From: Candidatus Binatia bacterium
GTDB taxonomy: Bacteria; Desulfobacterota; Binatia; Bin18
Direction of reading: 5' to 3'
DNA: 64,000 bases
Assembly (NCBI GenBank): GCA_963664395.2
Contig: OY761159.2
Span: forward strand, 896,001 to 960,000
The position numbers were made by a program, and so were the translations under genes. This document shows positions 56,519 to 64,000 of this stretch, one piece after another; within the stretch, counting starts at the first letter, position 1; each line of letters starts with the position of its first letter. Below the pieces are notes generated by a model. That model was not told where the DNA came from. It saw nothing but the letters and a program-made list of their open reading frames with translations, and searched no databases.

Positions 56519-57658
56519 TTAATACAGCTCATACTTTGCCAAGCGTCCGTCCAGGCCGCCGTTGACGAGCGGTTTTTTCCACGCAGGTTTGAGACCGATA
56601 CGCTTCAGGTGCTGACGTTCTCCACAATAAATAAAAGCGGTCGAGCCCTGACAGCGTTGTTTCAGGAAGTCGCCCAGACGTGTATAGAAGTCGCCCAAAT
56701 TGGCCTTTTTGGCCATTCTGATGCCATACGGCGGATTACACACAATGACGGCATTGTCGATCCGATGAATCTGAAAGGCATCGCGCTGCTCGACCGTGAT
56801 GGCATGGGGAAAGGCAGCACAGTTGAACCTCGCGGCGTGGACGGCTTCGGGGTCAATATCACTGCCGGAGATGAGACCCTGAGGAGGAGAACGGAGCGCG
56901 GCTTGCCCGTCACGTTGCACCTGCTCCCAGAGTACGGCGTCGAAGTCGGGCAGAGATTGAAAACCAAACCGCTTGCGAAACAGCGCCGCCGGCATCCGTG
57001 AAGCATACATATAGGCTTCGCACAGCAATGTCCCGGAACCGCAGAACGGATCGTACAGCGGCCTCCGTCCATCCCATTCCGCATGGTGAATGATGGCCGC
57101 AGCCAGGGTTTCGAGCATGGGAGCCTGAACGCTTTTCTTTCGGTAGCCGCGTCGATGCAGAGAGCCCCCGGACGTATCGAGGCTGATCGTGGCCTCATTG
57201 TTATGGATGTACAGATTCAGCCAGACATCGGGCTCCTTCGTGTCTATGGACGGACGCACCCCGGTGGCAGCTCGGAAAGAGTCCGCCACTGCGTCTTTCA
57301 AACGTAAGGCGGCAAATTGTGAGTGCCGAATCGCACTATTGGCCACGGTTGCAAAAACGGCAAAGGTTTGGGTTGGGTCAAGAAAATCCTGCCATTCAAT
57401 CTCCATCGCCCTTTTGTACAGATACCGATCAGAGTGACAACTGAACGACGTGAGTGGAGCCAGCACGCGGGTAATCAGGCGCGCGTGAAAGTTAATGATG
57501 TAGAGCACTTTGGGTGATGCCGTAAAATAAATCCCCCGGTATGTCGGGCTGGTCTCTCGGGCTCCGAGCGTGTGGAGTTCTTTCTCGGCAATGTCCTTCG
57601 TGTCATCGGCGACTTGGGCAAAGTAGCGCTGCGTTTCTTGATAGCGGTACATGGGCAT
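56519..57658 (-). CDS. THUMP-domain RNA m2G methyltransferase (RlmL/YpsC-like)
   Basis: LHRRGYR, APMLETLAAA, DPFCGSGT, CNPPYG. Confidence 0.9.
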   Translation of the reverse strand: MPMYRYQETQRYFAQVADDTKDIAEKELHTLGARETSPTYRGIYFTASPKVLYIINFHARLITRVLAPLTSFSCHSDRYLYKRAMEIEWQDFLDPTQTFAVFATVANSAIRHSQFAALRLKDAVADSFRAATGVRPSIDTKEPDVWLNLYIHNNEATISLDTSGGSLHRRGYRKKSVQAPMLETLAAAIIHHAEWDGRRPLYDPFCGSGTLLCEAYMYASRMPAALFRKRFGFQSLPDFDAVLWEQVQRDGQAALRSPPQGLISGSDIDPEAVHAARFNCAAFPHAITVEQRDAFQIHRIDNAVIVCNPPYGIRMAKKANLGDFYTRLGDFLKQRCQGSTAFIYCGERQHLKRIGLKPAWKKPLVNGGLDGRLAKYELY

Positions 57659-57661
57659 TAT

Positions 57662-57840
57662 CTAGGTTGAGTACTCATCAGTTCGTCGCCAGAGGCGCCC
57701 GGTAGCAAGTTTGAGCATAGCCAAGCAGTTGGCGGCGTTTTTTTCATAGCGGGTGGCGAGGCGGCGAGAGTGTTTACGTTTGTTGAAGCACGGCTCAAGG
57801 AGGTGGCGCGGTAGGTCCAGGACGGGGTCAAGGGAGATCA
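57662..57840 (-). pseudogene. IS5-family transposase 3' remnant
   Basis: RHLLEPCFNKRKHSRRLATRYEKNAANCLAMLKLA..RLW resembles the IS5 C-terminal motif. Confidence 0.75.
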
Positions 57841-57870
57841 ACTTGTCACGAAGAACTGGTATCAGGATAT

Positions 57871-57900
57871 GTAGGTCGGATTAGCGTAGCGTAATCCGAC
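57871..57900 (+). repeat. GTAG-type REP, identical to 30264-30293
   Basis: GTAGGTCGGATTAGCGTAGCGTAATCCGAC. Confidence 0.9.
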
Positions 57901-58007
57901 GGGCCTCGGTGTCCGACAGGGTACGGTAGACCTTGCCCATGAGTCAGACTGGCCGGGTTGCTCTCGCTGTCGATACAGATAACAAACTCACTCATCAGTA
58001 CATTGCA

Positions 58008-58046
58008 CCCCTCACCCTAGCCCTCTCCCCTGGAGGGGAGAGGGAG
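58008..58046. repeat. CCCTCACCC..CCCTCTCCC/GGGAGAGGG hairpin repeat downstream of pepN
   Basis: CCCCTCACCCTAGCCCTCTCCCCTGGAGGGGAGAGGGAG. Confidence 0.7.
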
Positions 58047-58062
58047 CAGAAAATTCCCAACG

Positions 58063-60633
58063 CTACGCCGCCCGCTCAAAATGCTCACGCAGGTTCTCGG
58101 CCTCGCGTTGCTGACAGGCAACCGCAACGTGCAGTTTTTCCAGGTGTTGAGCCATCATCTTGCCGGCCTGTGGCACAGGATGGTCGGCGAAGAAGGCGTT
58201 GACCTGGGCCTCAAGCTCGGGCGTGACGAGCGCGCTGATCCCCTCGCACATACGGACGATGGACACTTCCGGGAATTTCTCCAGCATCTCGTCCCAGCGG
58301 TCCTGGAAGAAATGCCAGGCCAGCTCGCGGCCCTCGGTGTTCATCAACAGCGACCGCATGAGGTAGGGCGCGTTCTGGGTGCGGACATCACCGTTGAGCG
58401 TCATGTCCAGGGTCCGGGCCAGCAGGTCGGGTTGACGGAAGCCGGCCAACGCGAACTGATAGCGTTGCTCTTCCTGCGGTGTTGCGGCGTTGTGCGAAAT
58501 ATGACGAAATTCATCATACACCGCCGCGTCGCCCGTATGGGCAAGAATCGACACCAGCGCGGGAACCAGATTCCGGTCTACGGCGTTCCGATCGGCCCGA
58601 TACTGGGTATAGAGCGCGTGCGCCTGTGCTTGGGTGGCCGTGTCGGCTCCAAGGGTGCCCAGCGCGCTCAGCAGTTCTCCCCTAAGCTGGCCGATAAGGG
58701 CATCTTCCTCACCTTTTGGAGACCAGCCCAACTGCTGGGTGAGCGGGGTGAGCAGCTCGCGGACATGACGCTGCAAGGCCGGACGCTGTTCCGGGCTGAG
58801 CAGGCGGTAGAGATAATGACACGAACCGAGAATGGCGGCCCACACATTGTGGTCCGGCTCTTCACGGAATACGGGCAGAAGGTCGAGATAGGTGGACAGC
58901 GGCGTCAGACCGGCCTGCGCGGTCGCCCAGGTATCGTTAAGCAGGTTGAAGCGCTCTATCGGAGAGAGCTGGGTGTGCATATTCGCGGTGAGCTGGCCGA
59001 GCAGGTCCGGCGCGTACCGGACCCGATAAAAGCCATGCCCGCCCGCGTTGACGACGACCCAGTCCGGCCTCTCTGAGAGGGGCAGGCGCAGTTCTCCAGT
59101 AGTCAGCAGGGCAGTCCGGGTCTCGGTTTCTGCGGCTCTTTTGGTTTTAATAAAAATCGGGGCCTGCCAGCGTTTGTCTTCGGTCCGGCCGTTTCCGTTT
59201 TGCACGTAGTGAAACGGCTGCTGAGAAATAACGAGTTCAGAGCCGTCTACAGCAACGGAAATTAAGGGATAGCCGGCCTGGAAGACCCAGCTATCCATCA
59301 TGGACCGGACCGGCTGGTGAGTCGCTTCTTCTATTGCATCCCACAGGTCGGTTGTTTCCGCGTTGGCGTATTCGTGTTTCCCGAGATAATGACTGACGCC
59401 TTTCTGAAAGGCGTGGGGGCCGAGGTATTGCTCCAGCATGCGCAGGATGGCCGCGCCTTTCTCATAGGTCAGAATATCGAACATGCCGGCGGCTTCGTCC
59501 GGGTGTTTGACCGGGAACTCGATGGGGCGGGAGCTGTGCAGTCCGTCCACCTGAAGCGCCGCGGCCCGCGAGACGGCAAAACTGGTCCAGCGCCGCCATT
59601 CGGGTTTCCAAGCATCTACGGCCATCATTTCCATGAAAGTGGCAAACGCCTCGTTGAGCCACAGGCCGTTCCACCAGCGCATAGTCACCAGATCGCCAAA
59701 CCACATATGCGCGTTTTCATGCGAGACAACATCTGCAACGCGTTCCAACTCACTCCGGGCAGCCGAATTTTCATCGATGAGCAGAGCGGTTTCACGAAAC
59801 GTAATGGCTCCGAAGTTCTCCATAGCCCCGGCCGCGAAATCCGGGATTGCAATGAGATCGAGCTTGTCGCCGGGATAGGGACGGCCGTAGTAGTCGCTGA
59901 AGAATTGCAGCGACGCGGCGCCGATGGCCTGCCCGAATGTGGTGAGGTGCTGCTTGCCCGGTACGGCCCACACGCGGAGTGGTGTGCCATCAATATAAAC
60001 GGGTTCGCTCGCTTCAAATTCACCCACGATGAAGGCCACCAAATAGGTTGACATCTTTATCGTGTCGGCAAAAACGACCGCTTTCCTGTCAGTCCCAGGG
60101 AGCGGATTTTCGCTCACAACGGCCGTATTTGAGATTGCAGTCAGCCCCTCGTCAATCACCAGCGTCGCCTGAAAGACGGCTTTGGCTGCGGGCTCATCCC
60201 AACACGGAAATGCCCGCCGGGCGTCGGTTGACTCAAATTGGGTTGCCGCGAGTACGGTGTCCTGACCCTCTGCATCCGTATAGGTGCTGCGGTAAAAACC
60301 GCGCAACTTGTCGTTGAGGATGCCTTCAAAAGCAATCCGTAAGGCATAGCTGCCGGGGCTGATGGCCTGCGGGAAATGGAGCACCGCCCGCTCGTTTGGT
60401 TCGTCGAGGGTCGCGCTGCCCGGTCGGGTTTTGCCTGTTTCATCAGTGAGCGAAACCTGCTGAATCGTCAGCTCGCAGGCGTTCAGTACGAGTGTGTGGG
60501 TCGCCTCATGAACGGTGAGGGTGACCGTTTCCTCACCCGTGAAAGTGAAGTGGGTGAGATCAGGAGTCAGGCGAATAACGTACCGTTCGGGAGTCGCGGT
60601 TTCCGGTAGCTTATATGACGGCGTGTCTGGCAT
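58063..60633 (-). CDS. pepN: M1-family aminopeptidase with ERAP1-like C-terminus
   Basis: GAMEN, HENAH...LWLNEAFA, YEKG. Confidence 0.93.
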   Translation of the reverse strand: MPDTPSYKLPETATPERYVIRLTPDLTHFTFTGEETVTLTVHEATHTLVLNACELTIQQVSLTDETGKTRPGSATLDEPNERAVLHFPQAISPGSYALRIAFEGILNDKLRGFYRSTYTDAEGQDTVLAATQFESTDARRAFPCWDEPAAKAVFQATLVIDEGLTAISNTAVVSENPLPGTDRKAVVFADTIKMSTYLVAFIVGEFEASEPVYIDGTPLRVWAVPGKQHLTTFGQAIGAASLQFFSDYYGRPYPGDKLDLIAIPDFAAGAMENFGAITFRETALLIDENSAARSELERVADVVSHENAHMWFGDLVTMRWWNGLWLNEAFATFMEMMAVDAWKPEWRRWTSFAVSRAAALQVDGLHSSRPIEFPVKHPDEAAGMFDILTYEKGAAILRMLEQYLGPHAFQKGVSHYLGKHEYANAETTDLWDAIEEATHQPVRSMMDSWVFQAGYPLISVAVDGSELVISQQPFHYVQNGNGRTEDKRWQAPIFIKTKRAAETETRTALLTTGELRLPLSERPDWVVVNAGGHGFYRVRYAPDLLGQLTANMHTQLSPIERFNLLNDTWATAQAGLTPLSTYLDLLPVFREEPDHNVWAAILGSCHYLYRLLSPEQRPALQRHVRELLTPLTQQLGWSPKGEEDALIGQLRGELLSALGTLGADTATQAQAHALYTQYRADRNAVDRNLVPALVSILAHTGDAAVYDEFRHISHNAATPQEEQRYQFALAGFRQPDLLARTLDMTLNGDVRTQNAPYLMRSLLMNTEGRELAWHFFQDRWDEMLEKFPEVSIVRMCEGISALVTPELEAQVNAFFADHPVPQAGKMMAQHLEKLHVAVACQQREAENLREHFERAA

Positions 60634-60863
60634 ACTGCCTCCGTAGAGAAATAAATTACAGCTGTATCATTTGGTAGTATTTGAGGACTGTGCGAATAGG
60701 GATACCAGAAGCGCTTCGTCCTTGGCAATTGGTGCAAGCAGAGCAGGAGGACGCTGAGGCCCGGTATTGGATACGGATATGAGGTTTTGGCGGGTGCCTG
60801 CTTGTACCGGGCCCCTGATCGCGGTATTGAAACACAGGAGCAGATGCAGAGTACGAGGGTGTT

Positions 60864-61187
60864 ATGCGAGACCAGAATGATCGTGACACGGATCTCGACC
60901 ACGGCGTAGTGACCGAAACCGAGAAAAAGCTCAAGAAGCCACCGCTCTACAAGGTCTTGTTGCATAACGATGATTACACGACCATGGAGTTTGTGGTGTA
61001 CATCCTCCAGACCGTCTTTCGTCACGATGCGACCAAGGCCACTCAGATTATGCTACACGTCCACCGCCAGGGGGCTGGCGTGGCGGGTGTCTATACCTAT
61101 GAGGTGGCGGAAGCGAAAGTCTCCCGCGTGGAGAGTTTAGCCAAGAAACACGAATTTCCCTTAAAGTGCAGTATGGAAGAAGCCTAG
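60864..61187 (+). CDS. clpS: ATP-dependent Clp protease adaptor
   Basis: YKVLLHNDDYTTMEFVV, MLHVH, FPLKC. Confidence 0.97.
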   Translation: MRDQNDRDTDLDHGVVTETEKKLKKPPLYKVLLHNDDYTTMEFVVYILQTVFRHDATKATQIMLHVHRQGAGVAGVYTYEVAEAKVSRVESLAKKHEFPLKCSMEEA

Positions 61188-61209
61188 CGAGCGGTCGGGA
61201 GTCCTTACC

Positions 61210-63519
61210 ATGCGAATTAGTCGAGAACTGGAAGTCACGATTAGTCTGGCGATTAACGAGGCACGCCGGCGGCGACATGAGTTTTTGTGTCTGGAACATG
61301 TGCTGCATGCCTTGCTGTTCGATGAGACCGTCGCTGAGATTATTCGGCAATGTGGCGGGGACGTCAAAGAACTCCAAGCTGATCTTGAGGAATTTCTCAA
61401 AGAGAATCTGGAGTCGATGCCGGAGGAGGCGGGTGAGGTTGACCCCCAGCAGACCCTCGCCTTTCATCGCGTATTGCAGCGGGCGGCAGCCCATGTTCAA
61501 TCCGCCAACAAAGAAGTCATTGAGACGCGGAATTTCTTTGTTGCCCTGTTTCGTGAGGACAATAGTCATGCGGTCTATCTCTTGGAGAAGCACGGAGTCA
61601 CCCGGCTTGATGTGCTGAACTTTATCTCGCATGGCATTTCCAAAACTCCGTCCGATGAAGAAGCCGCGCCCGGCTCTGATCCGGGAAGTCCTGACGAAGA
61701 CGACGAGCCACGTCCAGCCAAAGACCCGCTTGAGGCGTTTACCACCAATCTCGTGCAAAAGGCGAAAGACGGGGATATTGATCCGTTGATCGGTCGCGCA
61801 GTCGAGATTGAGCGGACCATTCATGTGTTGTGTCGTCGGCGCAAGAACAACCCGATCTATGTCGGCGATTCCGGTGTTGGCAAGACCGCGATTGCGGACG
61901 GTCTCGCGCTCAAGATTTCCCAGGGCGATGTTCCCGACGTGTTAAAAGAGGCCCACATCTACTCGCTTGATATGGGCTCCGTATTGGCTGGAACAAAATT
62001 CCGGGGCCAGTTTGAAGAACGGCTCAAAGCCGTGCTGAAAGCGCTTGATAAACAGCCTGGGGCGATCCTGTTTATCGATGAAATTCACACCATTGTTGGG
62101 GCAGGTGCAACCAGTGGCGGGTCCATGGATGCCTCGAATATCCTCAAACCGGCGTTGGCTTCCGGAAAGCTGCGCTGTATCGGCGCAACCACCTATCACG
62201 AGTACCGGAGTTATTTTGAGCGGGACCGGGCATTGGCCCGCCGATTCCAAAAAATTGAAGTACACGAGCCGAGCATCGAGGACGCAGTGGAAATTCTGAA
62301 CGGACTCAAGCCCTACTACGAAGAACACCACGGCGTAGAATATACCCATGAGGCCCTCAAGGCCGCAGCCGAACTGTCGGCAAAATACATCAATGATCGT
62401 TTTCTGCCGGACAAAGCGATTGATGTGATTGATGAGGTGGGGGCGTCCTTTCAGATTCGTCCTGCCCCAAAGGAAGACGGCAAGAAAATTATTAATGACA
62501 CCGACGTTGAGTCCATTGTTGCCAAGATCGCCCGTATACCGCCCCGCAGTGTTTCTGTTTCAGACAAGGAACGCTTACAAAGCCTGGATGCGGACCTCAA
62601 GGGGGTAGTCTTTGGCCAGGATACGGCTATTGAAACCTTGGCCCGTGCTATTCGGCTGGCGCGCGCCGGCCTGGGCCAACCCGAAAAGCCGGTCGGTTCA
62701 TTTCTGTTCTCAGGGCCGACCGGAGTTGGCAAAACTGAAGTCGCCAAGCAACTGGCTGAAACCCTGGGCCTCCAATTTCTGCGCTTTGACATGAGTGAGT
62801 ACATGGAGAAGCATACGGTCTCGCGTCTGATTGGTGCGCCTCCGGGATACGTCGGGTTCGATCAAGGTGGACTGCTGACCGACGCGGTGACACGCAATCC
62901 GCATTCGGTCCTGTTACTGGACGAGATCGAGAAGGCTCACCCCGATCTGTTCAATATCTTATTGCAGGTCATGGACCATGCCACCCTGACGGACAACAAC
63001 GGCAAGAAGGCTGACTTCCGACATGTGATTATTATCATGACCAGCAATGCCGGGTCCCGTGAGATGGCGGCACAGGCCATTGGCTTTGGCAATATTTCAA
63101 ATGAGAGCAAAGATCAGCAGGCCATCGAGAAGCTCTTTAACCCGGAATTTCGTAACCGCTTAGATGCGACCGTACACTTTCGCACCTTGCCAATGCAGGC
63201 CATTGAGCGTGTGGTTGAAAAGTTCGTGAAGGAGCTTGTGGAGCAGTTAACCGAACGGAAAGTTTCCATTACGCTGACGCCGGCCGCGTACCGCTATCTG
63301 GCTGAAAAGGGCTATGACAAAACTTTCGGTGCCCGCCCGATGGCCCGCTTGATCCAGACTGAGGTGAAGCAGGTGCTCGCGGATGAGATTCTGTTTGGAC
63401 AGTTGCAAGAAGGGGGCAGCGTCGAAATCGACTTTGATGAGGAAAAGCTGACGTTTTCGTACGAATCGGTAGGCAGCGACGAAGAAGAACCTGCTGAGCC
63501 GGTTGAGACGGTTGAGTAA
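61210..63519 (+). CDS. clpA: ATP-dependent Clp protease ATP-binding subunit
   Basis: Two AAA+ modules (GDSGVGKT, GPTGVGKT), no ClpB middle domain, directly after clpS. Confidence 0.96.
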   Translation: MRISRELEVTISLAINEARRRRHEFLCLEHVLHALLFDETVAEIIRQCGGDVKELQADLEEFLKENLESMPEEAGEVDPQQTLAFHRVLQRAAAHVQSANKEVIETRNFFVALFREDNSHAVYLLEKHGVTRLDVLNFISHGISKTPSDEEAAPGSDPGSPDEDDEPRPAKDPLEAFTTNLVQKAKDGDIDPLIGRAVEIERTIHVLCRRRKNNPIYVGDSGVGKTAIADGLALKISQGDVPDVLKEAHIYSLDMGSVLAGTKFRGQFEERLKAVLKALDKQPGAILFIDEIHTIVGAGATSGGSMDASNILKPALASGKLRCIGATTYHEYRSYFERDRALARRFQKIEVHEPSIEDAVEILNGLKPYYEEHHGVEYTHEALKAAAELSAKYINDRFLPDKAIDVIDEVGASFQIRPAPKEDGKKIINDTDVESIVAKIARIPPRSVSVSDKERLQSLDADLKGVVFGQDTAIETLARAIRLARAGLGQPEKPVGSFLFSGPTGVGKTEVAKQLAETLGLQFLRFDMSEYMEKHTVSRLIGAPPGYVGFDQGGLLTDAVTRNPHSVLLLDEIEKAHPDLFNILLQVMDHATLTDNNGKKADFRHVIIIMTSNAGSREMAAQAIGFGNISNESKDQQAIEKLFNPEFRNRLDATVHFRTLPMQAIERVVEKFVKELVEQLTERKVSITLTPAAYRYLAEKGYDKTFGARPMARLIQTEVKQVLADEILFGQLQEGGSVEIDFDEEKLTFSYESVGSDEEEPAEPVETVE

Positions 63520-63564
63520 GCGGCAAGCCCTCATCTCCCCGGTTTCTTTTCGCCTGGCAGCTCG

Positions 63565-64000
63565 CTAGTGGGCCTTGCTGAGAACGACACAGAGTCCCTG
63601 CACCGGTGTACCCTTGTCAATGCGCATCGTGACCGCTTCAAGAGAACTGACGGTGAATCCGCACTGCGTCGCTCGCTTTGCCAGGTAGGTCCGGCCGTGC
63701 ATATAGTAGCCGGAGCTGTTCACGCTCAGCTCCTGAGCCGGGTTGTCTTCGGCCGTAAAAACGAACAAGCCCGAGTCCCGGAGTGCTCTGAACGCAGCCT
63801 GGAAAACGTGACGTGGGTCGCCGATATGCTCAAACACGCCCGCGGCAACGATCACATCGTAACACCGGGCTCTTTGCTCCATGAAGGGGTAGAGGTCGGC
63901 AACTTCCAGCGCATCATAGATATTGCGCTCTTGCGCCTTGGCGAGCATCTGGGGTGATACGTCCACACCATCGAGGCGTTTTGCCAGCGAACGCACTGTC
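63565..64000 (-). CDS. Class I SAM-dependent methyltransferase (3' part; start outside the window)
   Basis: LDGVDVSPQML.KA, YDVIVAAGVF, GLFVFT.E. Confidence 0.85.
   Translation of the reverse strand, partial: TVRSLAKRLDGVDVSPQMLAKAQERNIYDALEVADLYPFMEQRARCYDVIVAAGVFEHIGDPRHVFQAAFRALRDSGLFVFTAEDNPAQELSVNSSGYYMHGRTYLAKRATQCGFTVSSLEAVTMRIDKGTPVQGLCVVLSKAH

Overview
A ~58-60% GC bacterial chromosomal segment. The gene mix (DUF1329/DUF1302 pair, LLM and amidohydrolase paralogues, squalene-hopene cyclase, a giant FN3/cadherin/Calx-beta-like surface protein) resembles a Binatia-type deltaproteobacterium, possibly a sponge symbiont; this is inference only. Metabolic and housekeeping genes (MCM large subunit, ADH, acyl-CoA dehydrogenase, CitE-like lyase, shc, hydantoinase A/B, PPK2, pepN, clpS-clpA, tRNA-Leu(CAA)) are interspersed with defence loci, many pseudogene scraps and several families of short palindromic REP-like repeats. 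The main finding is a 3,562-bp transposase-less element at 6889-10450. It has 22-bp terminal inverted repeats (21/22 identical) and an exact 8-bp target-site duplication (TCTACGGA), and its only cargo is a single-chain restriction-modification gene. It looks like an IS1595-family mobile insertion cassette that landed in the spacer of an inverted REP-like doublet. The neighbouring Type I R-M operon lies inside an equivalent inverted repeat pair. All family assignments come from motif recognition by eye; no database searches were run.
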